From contig CAZPST010000001.1 in assembly GCA_964589185.1 (NCBI GenBank), positions 1 to 34,630 on the forward strand: a stretch of DNA of 34,630 nt. Reading direction: 5' to 3'. The stretch comes from an uncultured Roseivirgaceae bacterium. Lineage in GTDB: Bacteria > Bacteroidota > Bacteroidia > Cytophagales > Cyclobacteriaceae. Shown here piece by piece: positions 33,687-34,630 of this stretch. The position numbers and the translations under genes are program-made. Under the pieces are notes generated by a model. The model ran no database searches and was not told where the DNA came from. It saw nothing but the letters and a program-made list of their open reading frames with translations. Numbering within the stretch: position 1 is the stretch's first letter; every line of letters starts with the position of its first letter.

Positions 33687-34601
33687 TTCCTGAAGTAAAT
33701 CTTTGATTCCGGCTTTGTCACCCTTTTTTCTCACCACTAGCATGGATGCTCCTGTGTGCATCATCACAATTCGCTCCGCCTTGCTACCGATGAACAGCAT
33801 AGACGCAGCTGTCTGCCCTCTAGCTCCTATGATTATCAATTCGGTCTTGTGTCGTGTTGCTTGATCCTTGATGTCTGAAACGAAATCCTCATTGTCATTG
33901 AGTGAATAAATCGGCTTAATTTTTCGTCCGCCGGTTTCAATATTCTTCATGAAAGCCTCATAGCTCTTCATGGCATTGTCTTTCATTATCTGGGCAAATT
34001 CTTTGTGTGTTTTGCCGGTATAATGATAGCCCGAAGGCACGGTGTATACGTTTTGCGTATACAGTTCCACAAGTTCGGTGGAGAGGATGGCAAAATCCAA
34101 CGCCTTCTGCACGGCCAACGCTGAGTGTTCCGAAAAGTCGATAGGAACCAGTATTCGCTTGAAATCAAATTTTCGTCCTTCGGCCACCATCAGAAAAGAG
34201 CAATCTGCCCTACGTGCCAATCGGCTCATGAGTACGCCGGAGCTCGTGCTTTTCTTCTTGCGACCGGCTATGATTAGGTCTATTTTCTTTTTGGTGGCAT
34301 ACGATACAATTGCTTTGGCTGGGGAGTCATCCTGCATGATCTTAATGCGCACATCCAAATCAGGCCAGGTGAAATGTTTGATTACAGATTCTCGTATTTG
34401 CTGTTTGCGCTCTTCCAATGCTTTTTCCATGAAATCAGGAAATTCCTTTTTCATTTCCTCCGGCAAATCAAAGTCGCGCATGACATTGACAAACGTGATT
34501 TCGGATGGATTCAATTCACAGATTTTGCCTGCAGCATGGATGACGTCTTCATCCATTTCAGACTGATCCAAACAAACGAGTATCTTGTCGTATTTTTCCA
34601 T
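33681..34601 (-). CDS. Tandem universal stress protein (UspA-family) domain protein
   Basis: Two Usp-like halves, each starting with ILV(C/P)(L/I)D.S and ending with a G..G....L.GS....V-type ATP-binding motif (IAGRKKKSTSSGVLMSRLARRADCSFLMV; IIGARGQTAASMLFIGSKAERIVMMHTGASMLVV). Convergent 6-nt overlap with the MarR gene. Confidence 0.8.
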   Translation of the reverse strand: MEKYDKILVCLDQSEMDEDVIHAAGKICELNPSEITFVNVMRDFDLPEEMKKEFPDFMEKALEERKQQIRESVIKHFTWPDLDVRIKIMQDDSPAKAIVSYATKKKIDLIIAGRKKKSTSSGVLMSRLARRADCSFLMVAEGRKFDFKRILVPIDFSEHSALAVQKALDFAILSTELVELYTQNVYTVPSGYHYTGKTHKEFAQIMKDNAMKSYEAFMKNIETGGRKIKPIYSLNDNEDFVSDIKDQATRHKTELIIIGARGQTAASMLFIGSKAERIVMMHTGASMLVVRKKGDKAGIKDLLQEL

Positions 34602-34630
34602 TCAATGTGCGATTTCGCTGCAAATTTAAG

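Overview
The window looks like a chromosomal segment from a Bacteroidota (Cytophagia/Flavobacteriia-like) genome. This is inferred from a T9SS-type C-terminal sorting domain on a secreted GH13 enzyme, a SusE/F-like surface protein, lipoprotein signals and TAnnTTTG-type -7 boxes. The left third (1-7360) is a starch/maltodextrin utilisation locus. The middle (7390-14757) holds housekeeping and accessory genes: metallophosphoesterase, thioredoxin-fold protein, GIN/DUF2807 repeat protein, TPR lipoprotein, CDF transporter, 2-oxoacid dehydrogenase E2, rhodanese and a GNAT-nitrilase fusion. The standout is a ~14 kb run of 14 same-strand, mostly translationally coupled genes forming a chemosensory (Che-like) supercluster (14909-28823), which appears to be two linked modules. 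Module A is CheW - dCache/poly-HAMP MCP - ParA-like ATPase - CheW with a basic N-terminal extension (ParC/ParP-like) - CheB - CheA - CheR - CheY - CheC-like. Module B is CheY - a membrane NIT-HAMP-PAS-like-Hpt-CheA-type kinase lacking P3 and P5 - CheY - CheX - a SpoIIE/PP2C-like protein with two of four expected metal-binding Asp residues substituted. No flagellar, pilus or gliding genes lie in the window, so the output is unknown; this cluster is my candidate for the undescribed system. The right end carries pyrG, an ECF sigma/anti-sigma/Spy-like/outer-membrane module, a MarR regulator and a tandem-Usp protein. I found no rRNA, tRNA, CRISPR array, transposase or integrase by eye. All domain calls come from motif recognition in the supplied translations; no database search was run.
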